From a bacterium (GTDB lineage Bacteria > Patescibacteriota > Patescibacteriia > S139-126): a DNA stretch of 64,000 nucleotides. The stretch spans positions 24,691 to 88,690 of the forward strand of contig DAOUWZ010000002.1 in the NCBI GenBank assembly GCA_030666865.1, given 5' to 3'. The position numbers and the translations under genes are program-made. Shown here one piece after another: positions 17,406-27,452 of the stretch (its first letter is position 1; the number at the start of each line of letters is the position of its first letter). Under the pieces are notes generated by a model, which was not told the DNA's origin, did not search any database, and was given only the letters and a program-made list of their open reading frames with translations.

Positions 17406-18173
17406 CTATAAATTGATATTCAGATTAAAATTAATTCCGTTTACAAATTTACTGCTTCCCTGCCATGATCGCGATTGAGCTGGCGCGTAATTGAAATTGG
17501 CATTCAAACGGCCATAGACCAAATTAACACCAATCAAACCGCCAGAAACCTGATAATAGGTTTCGTTAGAAGACACACCCTGTTCTGATCCATGAATACC
17601 GCCGAGATTAAGTCCCAGCCAATTATTCACAAAATAAGTCAACTGACCGGAAAATAAAAATTCCCGAACTTTTTCATGCGGATTTTCCATCTCTAAAGGA
17701 TTTACTCCGCCTTGTAAAAACAAAGCAAAACTTTTCCCAATCGGAAAGGAAATCTGCAACATACCAGCGGAAAGATCTTGATTTTTTCCACCGTACCAGG
17801 TAGCAAATCCGGCGCCCAAATGAATACCTTTCAGAAAAATATTTTCCCTACGGGTATTGCGGATATAAGAACCATAGCGCTCATGCACTACTTCTCCGGA
17901 TGCCAACTTTGCAAAAACTTCACGAAGTTTTGTAGCCGGGGCTTTGATATTAATATCATTACCCTTGCCAACAATAACAATGAAAAAATCCCCAGAACGT
18001 GGCAATAGCCGAAGTACTTGGAATTGGTGATTGGTTTTGATTTGTTCAATCAAAACTAAGGCCTGAGGAGTTAAACTCCCCCGCTCAACCTCCAGCTGAT
18101 ACACCTTTGGACGCTGGGCCCAAACAGATGTAACCAGCAAAAACATTAGTGCAACAAAAATCAATCGTCTCAT
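17406..18173 (-). CDS. Secreted hypothetical protein of 255 aa, beta-strand-rich.
   Basis: A signal peptide (MRRLIFVALMFLLVTSVWAQ) and a Gly/Asn-rich C-terminal half with alternating hydrophobic residues. It lies 14 nt downstream of the PEGA gene. Confidence 0.5.
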   Translation of the reverse strand: MRRLIFVALMFLLVTSVWAQRPKVYQLEVERGSLTPQALVLIEQIKTNHQFQVLRLLPRSGDFFIVIVGKGNDINIKAPATKLREVFAKLASGEVVHERYGSYIRNTRRENIFLKGIHLGAGFATWYGGKNQDLSAGMLQISFPIGKSFALFLQGGVNPLEMENPHEKVREFLFSGQLTYFVNNWLGLNLGGIHGSEQGVSSNETYYQVSGGLIGVNLVYGRLNANFNYAPAQSRSWQGSSKFVNGINFNLNINL

Positions 18174-18347
18174 GACGACTCCTTTCTTGGTTAATTTAAC
18201 TATTAGTTAATTATTTTCTTCAATTTTTAAAGCAACAAATAAGGGATTGTTTCCCTTGAGATTTCATAAAAGAATAACATAAATGGTCTAGTTTGTCAAT
18301 AACAAAATGATCGCTAAAATTAGCGATATTTATAACAGAAAAACAAC

Positions 18348-18377
18348 TGTAGGGTACAGGCATGCCTGTACCCTACA
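18348..18377. terminator. Hairpin tgtagggtaca-ggcatgcc-tgtaccctaca, the terminator for mltG.
   Basis: An 11-bp stem that shares its arms with the hairpin at 14491-14522. Confidence 0.65.
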
Positions 18378-18407
18378 AAAATAAAATCGTAATACCTATT
18401 TAAATAC

Positions 18408-19409
18408 TTATTTCAAATATTTTCGATTAGCTTTATGTTCATCAAGCGTTTTACCAAAATAAGCTTTGCCCTCTAGTGAAGTCAGAAAAAAATAATAATC
18501 ATTTGCTACCGGATAAATAGCAGCTCTAATAGCATTCATACCAGGATTGGATATCGGTGTGGGCGGATAACCTAAATATTTATATAAATTATATTTTGAA
18601 TCAATTTGCAGTTCATCATAAGTTAAACTTGAATTTTTTCCTCCAGTAGCATAATTCAAAGTGCTATCAGCCTGCAGAGCCATGCCAATTGCTAATCTTT
18701 TCAAAAAAATATCAGCGACAATTTTCATATCCTCAGCTGCTTTTACTTCTTTTTCAACTATTGATGCTAACATAATAACTTCATGAAAACTGCGGTTGCT
18801 ATTTTCTATATCATCTAACAACTGACTGTTCATTCTGATTGAAAATGTTTCCAACATTTTTCTGACAATAGTTTCCACATCTGCGTCAATATAAAAATTA
18901 TAAGTATCAGGAAATAAATATCCCTCCAAGGTTTCATTATTATTAAGATCACTTAAAAAATCAAATTCATCTTTCCATAAACCAACTTTATTCCATTTAT
19001 CAAATTCTGCTTTACTTAAAATTAATTTTTGTTCAAACAAGTAATTGGAAATATCATCAACAGTCCAACCTTCAATAAATTGCAAAATTATTTCCTCAGC
19101 ATTTATTTTTGAAGTAAATAAAACCACTAAGTCCTTAGTACTTACTTTTTCTGGTAAAATATATTTTCCCGCCACAAATTTACTTTCTTTCCCTTTTAAC
19201 CATGAATAAGACTCAAAAATAAACTTGTTGTTTATAATATCTTGTTCAAAAAGATTTTGACTAATCTGATTTACCCCATCGCCTCTTACTACTTCAAACT
19301 CTATCTCTGAACCTATATTTCTAACTTCATTCAAAGATGATAAAAAGAAAAATAGAAAACCAATCCCTCCTACTATAATTATTAAAATTAAAAATATAAT
19401 TTTTTTCAT
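18408..19409 (-). CDS. mltG: Endolytic murein transglycosylase MltG (YceG family).
   Basis: An N-terminal TM segment and the YceG C-terminal motifs LQADSTLNYATGG...LGYPPTPISNPGMNAIRAAIYP. Confidence 0.7.
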   Translation of the reverse strand: MKKIIFLILIIIVGGIGFLFFFLSSLNEVRNIGSEIEFEVVRGDGVNQISQNLFEQDIINNKFIFESYSWLKGKESKFVAGKYILPEKVSTKDLVVLFTSKINAEEIILQFIEGWTVDDISNYLFEQKLILSKAEFDKWNKVGLWKDEFDFLSDLNNNETLEGYLFPDTYNFYIDADVETIVRKMLETFSIRMNSQLLDDIENSNRSFHEVIMLASIVEKEVKAAEDMKIVADIFLKRLAIGMALQADSTLNYATGGKNSSLTYDELQIDSKYNLYKYLGYPPTPISNPGMNAIRAAIYPVANDYYFFLTSLEGKAYFGKTLDEHKANRKYLK

Positions 19410-19535
19410 ATTGTATATTGAGATAGTTGTAAAATTATTCTAATTGTAATTTATTCCTTTTAACTGCAACTTCATCGGATTAGAACAAAAATATTTTTAT
19501 CATAGTTATTATCAGGCAAGTAAATATAGACTGAG

Positions 19536-19598
19536 CGAGGCTAAATGCCTCGCCTACGCGATATATAATTATTCGCGTAGCTGAGGCATTTAGCCTCG
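19536..19598. repeat. Compound inverted repeat of 25-bp arms (cgaggctaaatgcctcgcctacgcg / cgcgtagctgaggcatttagcctcg) around a 13-nt AT loop.
   Basis: There are 2 mismatches between the arms, and each arm holds its own gaggc-taaat-gcctc hairpin. It lies in the intergenic region between the manC-like gene and mltG. Confidence 0.75.
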
Positions 19599-19707
19599 GT
19601 ATAAAGCGCTCAATTCAAGTATCTTTACTGTCTTACCGACGAGTTTATCTCGTATAAACAAGCTAAATTTTACTACAAAATAATCTTGCAACTACCTTAT
19701 TTAATTA

Positions 19708-20796
19708 TTAAAGATATTTTTCCAATCCCATTTTCTTCAATTTTTCTACAATTTGCTTTACCTCTTGCACCCGATCTTTCTTGGCTACCAACAGGGCATC
19801 ATCTGTATTTATTATTATACTATTATCAATTCCAATTGTACTAATTAGTTTATCTGTTGTTGAATATATCAAATTACCTCTGGAATCTATATTAATATGA
19901 TTACCAGGCGCTACATTGGCCTCTCCTTTGTCTAAAATATCATAAATCGCCCGCCAACTACCAATATCACTCCACCCAAATGAAGCTGGTATAACTAACA
20001 ATTTTGTATCCTTTTCCAAAATGCCATAATCAAAAGAAATAGCTTCAAATTTTGAAAATAATTTTGCGACTTTTTTTTCATCTGATATCACCTCTTTAAT
20101 TTGCATCAAAATATCATAATGCTTAGGTAAATATTTCAAAAATAAACTAATCAAATAAGATGCCTTAAAAATAAATATTCCGGGATTCCAATAATAATCC
20201 AAATCTTTATGATACCGCTTAGCTGTTTTTAAATCCGGCTTCTCTTTAAAACTCTCCACTGCCAGCACTTTATCTTCTCCAATTATTTCTTTCTCGTGAG
20301 TAGCGTTTATATAGCCATACCCTGTTTCTGGATATTCTGTCTTCATTCCTAGTAATAAAATTTTATCAGGATTATCTTTTATTACTCTGTCAGCTAAATT
20401 CAAAATTCGCAAATATTCTTTGGCATCTTTGATATAGTGATCAGAATTTACAGTAACAATAACGCTATCCTGATCTGTATTTAAAATACGAAGAGTAGCT
20501 AAGCCAATTGCTGGAGCAGTATTTTTCATAACTGGCTCAAAAGAATAATTTTTTATACTTGGTAAATGCTCTCTAACTGTTTCCTCTTGATTGCTTGCCG
20601 TAGCTACCCAGATATCGTCATCTTTAAAATGATTACTGATGCGTTTATAAGTAGTCTGTAATAATGACAAATCATCATCCAACGTCATTATTTGCTTTGG
20701 TTTATTTTTTCTTGATACTGGCCACAATCTAGTCCCTCCTCCGCCAGCTAATATTAAAGCTTTCATTTTTTTACCCCGTAGAAGAATTTTGAACAT
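19708..20796 (-). CDS. Mannose-1-phosphate guanylyltransferase-like sugar nucleotidyltransferase. The true start is likely the internal MKALILAGG near 20766.
   Basis: MKALILAGGGGTRLWPVSRKNKPKQ is the nucleotidyltransferase G-loop, and the size matches GDP-mannose pyrophosphorylase. Confidence 0.7.
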   Translation of the reverse strand: MFKILLRGKKMKALILAGGGGTRLWPVSRKNKPKQIMTLDDDLSLLQTTYKRISNHFKDDDIWVATASNQEETVREHLPSIKNYSFEPVMKNTAPAIGLATLRILNTDQDSVIVTVNSDHYIKDAKEYLRILNLADRVIKDNPDKILLLGMKTEYPETGYGYINATHEKEIIGEDKVLAVESFKEKPDLKTAKRYHKDLDYYWNPGIFIFKASYLISLFLKYLPKHYDILMQIKEVISDEKKVAKLFSKFEAISFDYGILEKDTKLLVIPASFGWSDIGSWRAIYDILDKGEANVAPGNHINIDSRGNLIYSTTDKLISTIGIDNSIIINTDDALLVAKKDRVQEVKQIVEKLKKMGLEKYL

Positions 20797-20849
20797 AAAC
20801 CTATAACTCTCATATATTCAAAATTATTAATTAATAATTAAACTACTAT

Positions 20850-20911
20850 GGAAGGCTAAAGCCTTCCGCCTGCCTGCCGGCAGGCAGACAGGCGGAAACC
20901 TTTAGGTTTCC
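20850..20911. repeat. Family A copy 3, three consecutive GC hairpins: ggaaggc-taaa-gccttcc, then ccgcctgcctgccggcaggcagacaggcgg, then ggaaacc-ttta-ggtttcc.
   Basis: Its core gccttccgcctgcctgccggcaggcag matches the copy at 2422-2455 almost exactly. Confidence 0.8.
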
Positions 20912-20994
20912 ATTTCTTATTGGAATATGTTTTAACTTTTAAATAATTTTATTATTATTCTTTTCAAAATTTCTCTACGGGGTTATTTTTCATA

Positions 20995-21624
20995 TTAATC
21001 ATTTATCAAAGAAACAAATCTAAATCCAGGAAATTCCTGATATGAAAAATCTTTTTCACTTTTCCTTATTACCAAAATTATAGATTGAGCTTCTCTACCC
21101 ACTGGTATTACCAATCGTCCGCCAACTTTCAATTGATAAAGTATATTTTCAGGAATATCCTCAGCGGCAGCGCTAACAATTATTTTATCATAAGGTTCGT
21201 ACGTAGTTAATCCTTTTGACCCATCGCCTGAAACAAATTCAACATTATCAAAATTATACTTGGACACATTTTTTTTAGTAAAATCCAACAATTCAGGAAT
21301 ACGCTCAACCGCAATCACCTGCCCTCTTAAACCAACAACTTTGGCAAGCAGAGCAGTTACCCAACCAGAACCACTGCCGATATCTAAAACCTTATCTCCA
21401 AGCCTAGGTTTTAATAATTCAAGCATAAAAGCGACAGTAGCAGGCTGCGATATTGTCTGTCCATAACCAATTAATAATGGTGCATTATAATGAGCTTCCT
21501 GCTCCATGCCAGCCATGACAAAATCACGTCTTTTGATAAATTTAAAGGCTCCAATCAATTCTGGGGACTGCAAATAATCATTAGAAACTAAATCTTCTAC
21601 TAAATTTTGATATTTTGGGGACAT
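20995..21624 (-). CDS. pcm: Protein-L-isoaspartate O-methyltransferase.
   Basis: LLIGYGQTISQPATVAFMLELL and the SAM-binding motif VLDIGSGSGWVTALLAKVVG. Confidence 0.85.
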   Translation of the reverse strand: MSPKYQNLVEDLVSNDYLQSPELIGAFKFIKRRDFVMAGMEQEAHYNAPLLIGYGQTISQPATVAFMLELLKPRLGDKVLDIGSGSGWVTALLAKVVGLRGQVIAVERIPELLDFTKKNVSKYNFDNVEFVSGDGSKGLTTYEPYDKIIVSAAAEDIPENILYQLKVGGRLVIPVGREAQSIILVIRKSEKDFSYQEFPGFRFVSLIND

Positions 21625-21726
21625 AATTATTTTTTTAAATAATATTATATTTGATTACTTGATTTTTCACTTAAAACATGCTATACTTATATTATAAAAT
21701 AAAAACAAAAATAAAACAAAAATAAA

Positions 21727-22338
21727 ATGTATAAAAAAATAATTTCAGTGTTAACTGAAATTAAAATTAATTCACTTGCAATTTCTAAATATCTAAATAA
21801 ATACCTATTTATTAACATCGCATTAGTGATAGCGCTAGAAGCATGTCTATTGGGAATGCTTTTTTTTGTTACCCCAAGCAACTTTTTACAAGCAATTGAC
21901 CAAAAAAGGGATAATTCAATAGTTAATACCTATTCCCTGCTTAATTTAGTAAATCAGGAAAGACAATCAGTCGATATAAATAATTTGGAAATTAACCCCA
22001 AGTTGCAAGCTGCTGCCGAGCAAAAAGCCATGGATATTATTACCAATCAATATTTCTCCCACACTTCTAAAACCGGAAAAATTTTCTCTGCTTGGATCAA
22101 GGAGTCTGATTATGAATACCTAAGAGTTGGTGAGAACCTAGCCATCTTTTTTAATGATAATAAAAATATAGTTGATGCTTGGATGGAATCAGAAAAGCAT
22201 AGACAAAATATCCTCAACCCTTATTATAAAGAAACGGGCATCGCAGTTATATATGATAATTTCGAAAATAAAAATACCCACATTATAGTACAAATTTTTG
22301 GGGAACCAACTGGTGAATTCATCACCGATATAAGATAA
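21727..22338 (+). CDS. CAP/SCP domain protein (YkwD-like) with an N-terminal TM anchor.
   Basis: YFSHTSKTGK...GENLA...VDAWMESEKHRQNILNPYYKETGIA are CAP-domain motifs. Confidence 0.6.
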   Translation: MYKKIISVLTEIKINSLAISKYLNKYLFINIALVIALEACLLGMLFFVTPSNFLQAIDQKRDNSIVNTYSLLNLVNQERQSVDINNLEINPKLQAAAEQKAMDIITNQYFSHTSKTGKIFSAWIKESDYEYLRVGENLAIFFNDNKNIVDAWMESEKHRQNILNPYYKETGIAVIYDNFENKNTHIIVQIFGEPTGEFITDIR

Positions 22339-22350
22339 TTAATAAATATT

Positions 22351-22785
22351 ATGATTTTAGAATATAAGCTAATGCTAATTCCCTTAATAGTCTTGGCAGT
22401 TGTCCAAATAATCAAAATAATAATTGATCTGAGTAAAAGAGAATTTTCTTGGGATGTACTTCTTAACTACGGGGGCATGCCATCTGGACATACAGCTCTG
22501 GTAATCTCTGCTACTACAATTATTGGCATCTATACAAATTGGAATTCACCTATATTTTTATTATCAGGCATTCTAGCCTTACTTGTCGTTAGGGACGCTA
22601 TAGGATTTCGTATGCAATTATCTGAACATGCAAAAATTCTAAATAAGCTAATAAAAGAATTGCCAGATGAGAAAGAATATAAATACCCATATTCTCCAGA
22701 AAGAATAGGCCATACTTTTTCTCAAGTTATAACTGGCGGTCTACTAGGACTTGTCTTAACTTTTATTTTAAACTGGTGGATGTAG
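22351..22785 (+). CDS. Divergent PAP2 family membrane protein (DUF212/YuiD-like).
   Basis: The GGMPSGHTAL motif and four hydrophobic segments in 144 aa. Confidence 0.6.
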   Translation: MILEYKLMLIPLIVLAVVQIIKIIIDLSKREFSWDVLLNYGGMPSGHTALVISATTIIGIYTNWNSPIFLLSGILALLVVRDAIGFRMQLSEHAKILNKLIKELPDEKEYKYPYSPERIGHTFSQVITGGLLGLVLTFILNWWM

Positions 22786-22817
22786 CTAGGTTTTAAGTGA
22801 TAGTTTGTAATAAATTT

Positions 22818-22850
22818 TAAAATCAATCCCGCGGATGCGGGATTGATTTT
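22818..22850. terminator. Bidirectional terminator aaaatcaatcccgc-ggat-gcgggattgatttt.
   Basis: A 14-bp perfect stem with a flanking A-run and T-run, between convergent genes. Confidence 0.8.
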
Positions 22851-22906
22851 AAAATTTATTAAACCTATTACCTATATGCTATATACTAATCACTACAACC
22901 CAACAC

Positions 22907-24505
22907 CTATACTAACGATTTGCCAGTAATTTCATCAGGCGGATTGATTCCTAATAATTTTAATACTGTCGGCGCTATATCGGCTAAAACACCAACTGGA
23001 GTTATTGTGCTTAAATCAAAATCCTCTCCAGCCCGACCTTGTCCAAGCCATTGCTGACCAATCATAACAAATGGTACTGGTGAAGTTGAATGTTCTTTAT
23101 CCACTTCACCACTTTTTAATTTAATAATCTCTTCTGCATTACCATGGTCGGCTGTTACCAGCATAACGCCATTCTTAGCTAATACGCTTTCCGATATTCT
23201 CCCCAAGCACTCATCCACTGCTTCAATACCCTTAATAGTGGCTTGCAAATCCCCAGTATGAGCAATCATGTCAGGTGTGGCATAATTAACTAAAATAAAT
23301 TCATATTTTCCGCTCTCTACAGATTCAGTAACTTTTTTAGTAATTTCATATGAAGACATCTCAGGTTTGGTAACATAATTCGCTATTTTTGGTGATGGCA
23401 CCATAATATGTTCTTCACCCGGAAATGGTTTTTCAATACCTCCATTAAAGAAAAAAGTGACATGTGCATATTTTTCAGTTTCAGCAATATGAACCTGCTT
23501 CATTCCATTGTCAGACAAAACTTTAGCCAATGGCATTGAAACAGTTTCTGGAGGAAAGGCAATATTGTCAGTCAGATTTTTTTCATATTCTGTCATAGTA
23601 ACAAAAAAAATATTTTTACATACTTTTTTTCTATCAAAACCTGAAAAATCATCAAATAAAAATGCCTTTGACATTTCTCTAGCTCGATCTGATCTGAAAT
23701 TAAAATAGATGATAGCATCATTATCATCTACAGTTGTTATTGGCTTTTCATTTCTAGTAACAACTGTGGGAATAAATTCTTCATCAAAAACCCCTTGATC
23801 ATAAGATTCTTGAATAATTTCTAAAGGATTATCTCCTGACTTTTCTGATTGACCTTGAATTATCGCACTATATACTAATTCAATCCGATCCCACCTGTTA
23901 TCCCTGTCCATTGCATAATATCTTCCTGAAATCGTAGCTAATTCCCCCAACCCGATAATTTTCAAAACTTTCAACAAACTAGTAATAAATGACAAACCGC
24001 TATTTTTGGATGTATCTCTGCCATCCAAAAAAGCGTGTATATACAATTTTTTTACTTTGTGCATTTTAGCCGTTTCAATCAAGGCAAATAAATGCTCAAT
24101 GTAGCTATGAACCCCGCCATCAGATACCAAACCCATAATATGCAAACTTGAATCATTCTTCTTTACATGTTCAAATGCATCTATAAAAGCCTTATTCTTA
24201 ACAAATGTTCCATCAGAAATAGCTCGAGTTATTCTTGGTAAATTATGATATAATATTTTTCCTGATCCAATAGAAAGATGCCCAACTTCACTATTACCCA
24301 TTTCACCCCATGGTAATCCTACTGATTCACCAGAGGCTTGCAGAGTAAAAGCCGGATAATTTGCAATAAAATTATCATAGTTTGGAGTTTTAGCCAGGAT
24401 TATAGCATTACCAATTGACGGCGGTGCTATTCCCCATCCATCTAAAATTACTAATACTACCGGTTTTGTTATATTTGCTACCATTTTATTATATTTACTG
24501 CACAA
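22907..24505 (-). CDS. gpmI: 2,3-bisphosphoglycerate-independent phosphoglycerate mutase, paralog 2.
   Basis: VVLVILDGWGIAP and the catalytic Ser motif GNSEVGH, full length at 532 aa. Confidence 0.85.
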   Translation of the reverse strand: MCSKYNKMVANITKPVVLVILDGWGIAPPSIGNAIILAKTPNYDNFIANYPAFTLQASGESVGLPWGEMGNSEVGHLSIGSGKILYHNLPRITRAISDGTFVKNKAFIDAFEHVKKNDSSLHIMGLVSDGGVHSYIEHLFALIETAKMHKVKKLYIHAFLDGRDTSKNSGLSFITSLLKVLKIIGLGELATISGRYYAMDRDNRWDRIELVYSAIIQGQSEKSGDNPLEIIQESYDQGVFDEEFIPTVVTRNEKPITTVDDNDAIIYFNFRSDRAREMSKAFLFDDFSGFDRKKVCKNIFFVTMTEYEKNLTDNIAFPPETVSMPLAKVLSDNGMKQVHIAETEKYAHVTFFFNGGIEKPFPGEEHIMVPSPKIANYVTKPEMSSYEITKKVTESVESGKYEFILVNYATPDMIAHTGDLQATIKGIEAVDECLGRISESVLAKNGVMLVTADHGNAEEIIKLKSGEVDKEHSTSPVPFVMIGQQWLGQGRAGEDFDLSTITPVGVLADIAPTVLKLLGINPPDEITGKSLV

Positions 24506-24514
24506 TTAGTTTCG

Positions 24515-26089
24515 TTACAAATCCAATTTTAATAAATTTCTTCCTGTCATTTCCCGAGAAGGTTTTACTCCCATTACTCCTAAAATTGTCGGCGCAATAT
24601 CAGCTAGAGCGCCTTTTGGCAAAACCTGTTTATTAGACAATTTTTCATTACTCACTATAAAAAACGGAACCGGATTGGTTGAATGTTCAGTGTCTATTTC
24701 ACCAGTTTCAATATTGATAATTTCTTCAATATTTCCATGATCAGCGGTAATAAACAAAACTCCATCCCGGCTTAACACTTCATCTATTATTTCCTTCAAT
24801 ATTTTATCAATAGACTCAACTGCTTTAATAGCAGCTCCCAAATTTCCAGTATGACCCATCATGTCAGGACTAGCTAAATTTATTCCATAAAAATCATATT
24901 TCTCTAATTTAATATTATCAATCAAATATTTAGCAACCAGCTGAGTAGACATTTCCGGAGTCTGCTCATAAGAATCTACTTTTGGCGATGGTACAAAAAT
25001 TCTATCCTCTCCAGCAATTGGAATGTCATAACCGCCGTTAAAAAAATAAGTCATATGAGCATATTTTTCACTTTCAGCTATATACAATTGCTCATAATTT
25101 CGCAAAACCATGGGCAAGGTACCTTCAATATCAGCTGAAGGATAAGCCGTCAAAACATTTTCTAAATCCGGCCCAAAATCTGTCATAGCAACAAACATTA
25201 TATTCTTTAACTTTTTGGTTCTTTTGAATGAATTTTTATTTAAGTTTTCAAAATCTGCTTGAACAAAGGGTTTGGTTAATTGCCTGGCTCGATCAGAACG
25301 TAAATTAAAAAAAATTATGGAATCTTTGTCATTCATCCGAGCAAATTTTTTATTCTTATCTATAGATATTATATATGGACTAATAAACTCATCTGTCTCG
25401 CCATTGGCATAAGCTTCTTTTATAGCTTGTTCGGGTTTTAAAACTACATTACCTTTCCCCAATATCAAAGCGTCATATACTTTCTTTGTTTTTTTCCAAT
25501 CTTTCTTTCTGTCAAGATAAACCCTTCCCATAATAGTAGCGATTCTTTCATTCGGTTGCAAAAATTCTTCTAACTCCCTTAAAAATTTAATACTCGCATA
25601 TTTAGGCGTATCTCTGCCATCTGTAAATAAATGCAAAAAAATATTTTGGATCCCATAACTCCTGATCATCTTAATTAAAAATCTTAAATGATCAGGATTT
25701 GAATGAGCAGAATCTTTATCAGATAAAAGCCCCATTAGATGTAAGTCACCTCCAGTGTTTAAAACATGATCAATAGCAGCTACAAATGCTGCGTTTTTAA
25801 AAAATGTACCATTAGCAATACTTTTATTAATCACTGCTACATCTTGTTTGATTATTCTACCAGCGCCAATAGTCATATGTCCAGCTTCACTATTCCCATC
25901 TTGCCCTGGCAACAAACCAACATCAACTCCTGAAGCAGATAATGTAGTATGAATATGCTCTCTCCATAACATACTGTAAGTAGGAGTTTTAGCCATTTCA
26001 ATTGGATTGTCAGGCTGGTTTTCAGTAATCCCCCAACCGTCAATTATTACCAAAACATAAGGCTTTATTTTTTTTACTTTATTATTCAT
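24515..26089 (-). CDS. gpmI: 2,3-bisphosphoglycerate-independent phosphoglycerate mutase, paralog 1.
   Basis: YVLVIIDGWGI and GNSEAGH. It aligns to the adjacent copy across its whole length (sampled N-terminal segments show few identities) and is separated from it by only 9 nt. Confidence 0.85.
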   Translation of the reverse strand: MNNKVKKIKPYVLVIIDGWGITENQPDNPIEMAKTPTYSMLWREHIHTTLSASGVDVGLLPGQDGNSEAGHMTIGAGRIIKQDVAVINKSIANGTFFKNAAFVAAIDHVLNTGGDLHLMGLLSDKDSAHSNPDHLRFLIKMIRSYGIQNIFLHLFTDGRDTPKYASIKFLRELEEFLQPNERIATIMGRVYLDRKKDWKKTKKVYDALILGKGNVVLKPEQAIKEAYANGETDEFISPYIISIDKNKKFARMNDKDSIIFFNLRSDRARQLTKPFVQADFENLNKNSFKRTKKLKNIMFVAMTDFGPDLENVLTAYPSADIEGTLPMVLRNYEQLYIAESEKYAHMTYFFNGGYDIPIAGEDRIFVPSPKVDSYEQTPEMSTQLVAKYLIDNIKLEKYDFYGINLASPDMMGHTGNLGAAIKAVESIDKILKEIIDEVLSRDGVLFITADHGNIEEIINIETGEIDTEHSTNPVPFFIVSNEKLSNKQVLPKGALADIAPTILGVMGVKPSREMTGRNLLKLDL

Positions 26090-26197
26090 TATATAAAATT
26101 GTAAAAAAGAGAGGTTTTAAAAACCCTCCTTATTATATCATATCGATTATTAAAAACAAAAAAAGACTCCTTTATTCATTTTTTTCCAAATATTCAA

Positions 26198-27436
26198 CTA
26201 TATAAATTCTCTTTCCAATTTAACCAATCGATTATATTTAGCCACTCTTTCTGCCCGAGCAGGCGCTCCTGATTTGATATATTCGGCTCCAACAGCTAAC
26301 GCTAAATCAGCAATAAAATCATCTGGGGTTTCACCACTACGATGTGATATTACAACTTTATAATTATTCTTTTGAGCAAGCTTTATAGCAGATATAGTTT
26401 CTGAAACAGTTCCGATCTGATTTAATTTTATCAAAACTGAATTTGCTACCCCGAGTTCTATTCCTTTTTGCAAACGTTTATAATCTGTAACAAATAAATC
26501 ATCACCTACTTGCATAATCTTATCAGATATTTTCTTAGACTGTAATATCCAACTATCCCAATCATCTTCACCAAACCCATCTTCAATTGATATTATTGGA
26601 TATTTTTTTATCCACTTTTTATACAAAGATATCAAATCTTTAGCTGTAAATTTTTTATTTTCAAATTTATACTTTCCCCCATCATAAAATTCTGAAGCCG
26701 CCACATCCATTGCTAAAAAAACATTTTTTCCAGGTAAATATCCAGCTTGTTTAATAGCTTTAAGTAACAATTTTAGAGCATGCTCATTATTTTTCAATTT
26801 TGGTGCAAATCCACCTTCATCGCCTAATCCAGTACTTAAACCATTTTTATTTAAAATATTTTTTAGCTCATGATATATTTCTGATCCTGCCCTCAATCTC
26901 TCTGCAAATGATACCAATTTCGGAACAATCATAAATTCTTGAATAGACAAATTATTATCTGCGTGTCTACCACCATTAAGGACATTCATCATTGGATAAG
27001 GAAAACCTATTTTTTTTGGAAATGAATAAACATTTTGCAAATACTTATACAAAGACATTTTATTTTCATATGCCACTGCTCTGGCAAATGCCATAGAAAC
27101 CCCAAGAATTGCATTTGCTCCAAGATTTTTTTTATTCTTTGATCCGTCAATTGCGCACAATTCATAATCAATATCAATAATATCTTTAAAATCTTTACCT
27201 CTTAACTTCCTATTCAATACCACATTAATATTCTTAACCGCCTTGGTTACTCCCATGCCTTTATATCTCTTTCCCCCGTCTCTTAACTCTAATGTCTCAT
27301 GACGACCGGTTGATGCCCCTGACGGAACACCAGCTGTAGCTTTAATGCCAGTTGCAAGTGTTACCGTAGCAGCAATTGTCGGGTTGCCACGTGAATCCAA
27401 AATTTCCAAAGCAGTAATTTTTTTTATTTTCGGCAT
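26198..27436 (-). CDS. eno: Enolase.
   Basis: ITALEILDSRGNPTIAATV together with the enolase signature regions. Confidence 0.9.
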   Translation of the reverse strand: MPKIKKITALEILDSRGNPTIAATVTLATGIKATAGVPSGASTGRHETLELRDGGKRYKGMGVTKAVKNINVVLNRKLRGKDFKDIIDIDYELCAIDGSKNKKNLGANAILGVSMAFARAVAYENKMSLYKYLQNVYSFPKKIGFPYPMMNVLNGGRHADNNLSIQEFMIVPKLVSFAERLRAGSEIYHELKNILNKNGLSTGLGDEGGFAPKLKNNEHALKLLLKAIKQAGYLPGKNVFLAMDVAASEFYDGGKYKFENKKFTAKDLISLYKKWIKKYPIISIEDGFGEDDWDSWILQSKKISDKIMQVGDDLFVTDYKRLQKGIELGVANSVLIKLNQIGTVSETISAIKLAQKNNYKVVISHRSGETPDDFIADLALAVGAEYIKSGAPARAERVAKYNRLVKLEREFI

Positions 27437-27452
27437 AATATTTTTATTTCAA

